A stretch of DNA of 64,000 nucleotides from Saccostrea cucullata (Eukaryota): NCBI RefSeq assembly GCF_032062105.1, contig NW_026929376.1:186001-250000 (forward strand), read 5' to 3'. Below are positions 60,099-64,000 of this stretch, one piece after another. Numbering within the stretch: position 1 is the first letter of the stretch; each line of letters starts with the position of its first letter. The notes beneath the pieces were generated by a model that ran no database searches, was not told where the DNA came from, and saw only the letters and a list, made by a program, of their open reading frames with translations. Both the position numbers and the translations under genes were made by a program.

Positions 60099-61040
60099 TC
60101 AACCAATCTTTTTCATAAAATCTTTAAACTTTTGATTGACAGCATGTTTTCGTTCTTCGTTAATCTGCAGTTTGCAGTTCATTATTCGTTGCCTCTGGGA
60201 GGCCATTGACATGGGAGCAGCACCAAATTTAGACTGTCCAGCAAGATGGGATTTCCACGCTTCAGAAGTTACAGTAGGTCTTCTCTGGTTCAGAATCTCG
60301 GATATCCCAGCATTCCATCCGAGTGACGTAGATGCGCGGCGTTCCTCACGAGCATTTCCTTTGCTACCACCATCAAGTGGCATCAATTGTCTTGTTAGTG
60401 ATTGGATATTTGCAGAACTATGACTGCGCACTCGCTTTGTTCCTTTTTCATGCAGACTTTCTCGTCTGGGTCGTCCCTGATTTGCTTTTATGAGTTTTCT
60501 CGTGAGACTTGACGACCCAGACATCCATGATAACGACGTGCTCTCGGAATGTAGCGACTCTTTATCTGAGCAGGGATCGTTTTCTCCTGCATTGTCTCTA
60601 TTCGGCAGAGTCGTCACAAAAGTGGCTCGACCGACAGGACTGCTTTGTGGGCGAACGGCGGAGGGTAAAGCAGAAGGAATGGATGACAAACTACTGGAAC
60701 TTCTGCTGTTAACAGCTGCCGACTGAGAACGTTTGAACCGTCTTTTCTTGCGGCTGACGATTCTTTCGCCGTACATAAAGCAAGGTCCTTCGTCCTCTCG
60801 TTCGTACTCTTCTTCAGAATCCGGTGCTAGGCCTTCAGGACTGTGTCCGCTACAATTGTTAATGTAGTCTAATGTCAGAGAGATCAATCGTATATCCTGG
60901 TTTATGACTCGTTTGGAATGAATTTTCTCCTTCTCCAGTAGATTTAATTTTCCTTGGAGTTTTGCATATTCGATGTTGTTTATTCTATAAGCTCTCTGTA
61001 TTCGAGAGGAACTAAAACTTGGTGTTTCTAATGCTGGCAT
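60099..61040 (-). CDS. Uncharacterised 313-aa protein: N-terminal coiled coil, Ser/Arg-rich disordered middle, short C-terminal helix; intronless CDS
   Basis: Long ATG ORF with coding-like GC content; acceptor cttacAG at ~61087 suggests 5' UTR exons; NNIEYAKLQGKLNLLEKEK..INQDIRLI heptads. Confidence 0.8.
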   Translation of the reverse strand: MPALETPSFSSSRIQRAYRINNIEYAKLQGKLNLLEKEKIHSKRVINQDIRLISLTLDYINNCSGHSPEGLAPDSEEEYEREDEGPCFMYGERIVSRKKRRFKRSQSAAVNSRSSSSLSSIPSALPSAVRPQSSPVGRATFVTTLPNRDNAGENDPCSDKESLHSESTSLSWMSGSSSLTRKLIKANQGRPRRESLHEKGTKRVRSHSSANIQSLTRQLMPLDGGSKGNAREERRASTSLGWNAGISEILNQRRPTVTSEAWKSHLAGQSKFGAAPMSMASQRQRIMNCKLQINEERKHAVNQKFKDFMKKIG

Positions 61041-64000
61041 TGCAAAAGTTTAAAAGATTTCCCACAGAATATCTCACTTGTCTTCTCTGTAAGATTTCAG
61101 AGAGAAAACGCCGCCTGTGTGACGCATAATTGGTGACAAAAGCATTTTCTTTTGATTAAGAATACATGGAAAAAATGGTCCAATCACGTGGTGTGCAACT
61201 GCATTTAGAGCTTTGTTCTACGATTTAAAAAATTAATCCTGTTGGAAAGTCTTCGAAAATTAGTAAATTGATGCCAAGTTTTTCACTTCTTTGTCCATTA
61301 AGCACTTACTGATGATTAATTAATGTAGAAATTAATTAATATCATTTTCCTGCATATCGTTAATTGCGATAAAACATGGCCTATGGTGTTCGCTGGTCCT
61401 CGCGTTTCCTTCTTTGGAACAAAGCGGGAATTAGGCTTAAAATCTAATCCCTTAATATACACAAATCTCGCCCCCAGTCTATAGATACAAAGATGGTGTA
61501 CTTCACATAAAATCCGGTTTGCACTTCAAATCGTTGTATCCAGTTTCGGAGAACCACCACTTTGTTTACCTTATCAGCCAGTTCCGAACTCTACCTGCAA
61601 ATATACCGAGTTCAAACATTCAATCCACACCTATAAAAATCGGGCATTAAATACTAAGCCATATGTGATAAAGGAATTTGGGAGTCAGATTTACGTATAA
61701 AAGACCCCCAAATCGATTAATACAATCATTGGAGATTTGAAATTTACGTTATCTAAACATTCAATATTTGGACAAGTAAAACTCTCTCTCTCTCTTTTCG
61801 AAATTGAAACGCAGATACTTAAAACTATAGTTGTTTTTCACTGAAATTAAAATGAGGTTTTGCTCTGCAATATTTTCTGCAAATCAAATACACACATGCA
61901 TTTTTTAATTCATTTTTACTTTCTTCTCATTAGCACATATATAGAGATAACACTTCGACCATTGCTTATTTCTCAAATATTGTAGATATGTATACTTTAG
62001 CTTAGTCATAAGCACTTAGAAATTGATTTTGGATTGTTTTAAATCTCAAATTGCATTAGAATTTTGTAACTCTATAGAACACAATCCATTAACAATTTAC
62101 ATAGCACTTCTCAGTAGCAATAATTCGACGACTGAATTGAGAGGATGGAAAACCCTTTTAAATCCTCTGTATATAAATGCAAAATCAATTTCAATGCTGA
62201 CTGAAAAATTATTTGTTTCAATTTTACGTCAATATTTAGTCTGCAGACTGAATGGTGAATCTAATTTTCTAATTTGCGTTCGATAAACATAGTTAAGGAA
62301 GAAAGATTTTAAGGGATTAAATTTCTCAGATATAAAATATAGGTATGGAATGAAATAGGTGAACGAGAGAGATAATTTATAAACTTTGTAGATGGAGATA
62401 AAAATTCGTTTCCATTGCTAAAAAGGTGCCATTGTATGACTTAGCTCGTTTTGTTGTTTTACTTATATTACTGTATAGAAATACAAGAAAAAAATGAATG
62501 AATGAATGACTTGATTTAAAAAAGTACCTGGAGGTTTTCTTCACACTTATTAAATGAACAGGTGGATTTATTTTTTGTTTGTATTTTTTTTCAATTGACA
62601 GCACTTCTGCTCATTTTAAATTCACATTTGACGTAATTAGTAAAATACGTTTGAGTTGCTTTCAAAAATTCTATTCAATTTTTTAACAAAGAAGTGAATG
62701 CTGTTTAATACAGCTTGTGAATATGCATTAATAAATAGTCCAGATGTTAAACGCCCCGATTGTCAAAAGATAAAACTAACAAATAGCAAACTAATGTAAA
62801 TAAAAGAATAAAAAATACCAATGAGTTAAAGTCTGCAATGATTTCACGAATATAAAAACGCTTGAAAATACGGAATGAAACAATTAGAAATTATTGAAAA
62901 TATCTTATACATTTTTCAAAATCAATCTTGTATTTTACCTTATATATTGTAAATGGAAGGAAAAATATTACTCTGCGATAGACACTGTTTCCAATAGTCA
63001 CCCACCCCAAAATGCAAAAGTCGAACATCTACTTACCGGGTACCAAGATTAGGTACTGTTTACCAATTCACCAAGAAAACGGCATGCTAAAATTTGTCAC
63101 CGCTTCAACCTTACATAATAAATCAAAACTGAAGGTAAATAAATCCCGACAAGTATTGATAGCCTAGGTCTTTCTGAACCCACGTCTTACGATAGGGGAC
63201 AGCTTGGCTTGATTTAGGATCTAGTGAGGGGCAGAATATCAGGAATCGACCACATTTAACACTGACATTATAAACACTGAAAAACGTGATTTATGGGGTA
63301 CTTTGTTCTTACTCTCTAAAACAATTCTTCATTTTCGATTGCCAACATCGGAAATACTTTAACATACTCCACACGGCTTTTTAAACATAATGGCTTTAAA
63401 TCTGCCATTATTACCTGTGTCTATGATGGGGTTTTCTCTCTGAAGTGCCCCTCAACGACAATAATAAAAATTCAAAAGAATGCCATAAAATGACTTTAAC
63501 TTGGTGGCAGTTTTTCTGTCGGCTTTTTTTTTTATTGTTTGCTACATTTTTCTTTTCAGCCCTGTAGGTGTCACTTTTTCTGAACAAATTCAAGGTACAG
63601 TGAAAAACGCGCTAACAGGTTTAAAGTGTCATAATAGTTTGAGAAAAATAAATATTTACCACCTACCAAAGTGTTAAAAAAAGAAGACTGGGCCCAAATA
63701 TTAGGGTCTATTTATTCGTGTGAAAATCTTATCAACAGTGGCTAAATAAAGAAATAATTGCCATTGTAAATATTGGCCATCTGGTGAAAAAAGTTCATGG
63801 AGCTGAATGATTCGCCGTAGAATCTTTTACCCAAACAACGGAAATTTGAGCCGAATATATCTACAAAATTTTAATGGACATGCAAAACAAATATTAACTG
63901 TACATTATTCTTTTACCTGTGCAAATTTATGGATAAAAAATATATATATTCGAGGGAATTAATTGATGTTTCCTCGTTACACACAGACCAGAAAATGCAC

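Overview
AT-rich, intron-containing animal DNA, most likely a bivalve (oyster-like repeat families; inferred, not proven). Splicing exons by hand gives ten protein-coding genes. (1) An intronless B-box/coiled-coil/NHL TRIM-like gene. (2) A 3-exon uncharacterised gene that the ORF track mostly misses. (3) A 5-exon UFSP1 Ufm1 protease. (4-8) A cluster of five 9-exon paralogues (23.6-52.3 kb) encoding secreted ~350-365 aa proteins: signal peptide, a cubilin-N-like Gly-rich beta segment, a bacterial/phage-style putative Ig (He_PIG-like) domain, one EGF and one F5/8C discoidin domain. They form two tight head-to-head pairs plus a singleton and fall into two subtypes that differ by a 10-nt shifted intron. 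(9) A secreted, extremely basic K/R/H/Y-rich repeat protein. (10) A 313-aa uncharacterised gene with an intronless CDS. The rest is transposon-derived: a Gypsy-type LTR with a tRNA-Leu PBS, a truncated LINE, DIRS/Ngaro-like and Penelope-like relics, several HINE/Helentron elements (some carrying 156- or 166-bp satellites), MITEs and SINEs. The five-gene cluster is the best candidate for an undescribed system. Family names come from motif recognition only; no searches were run.
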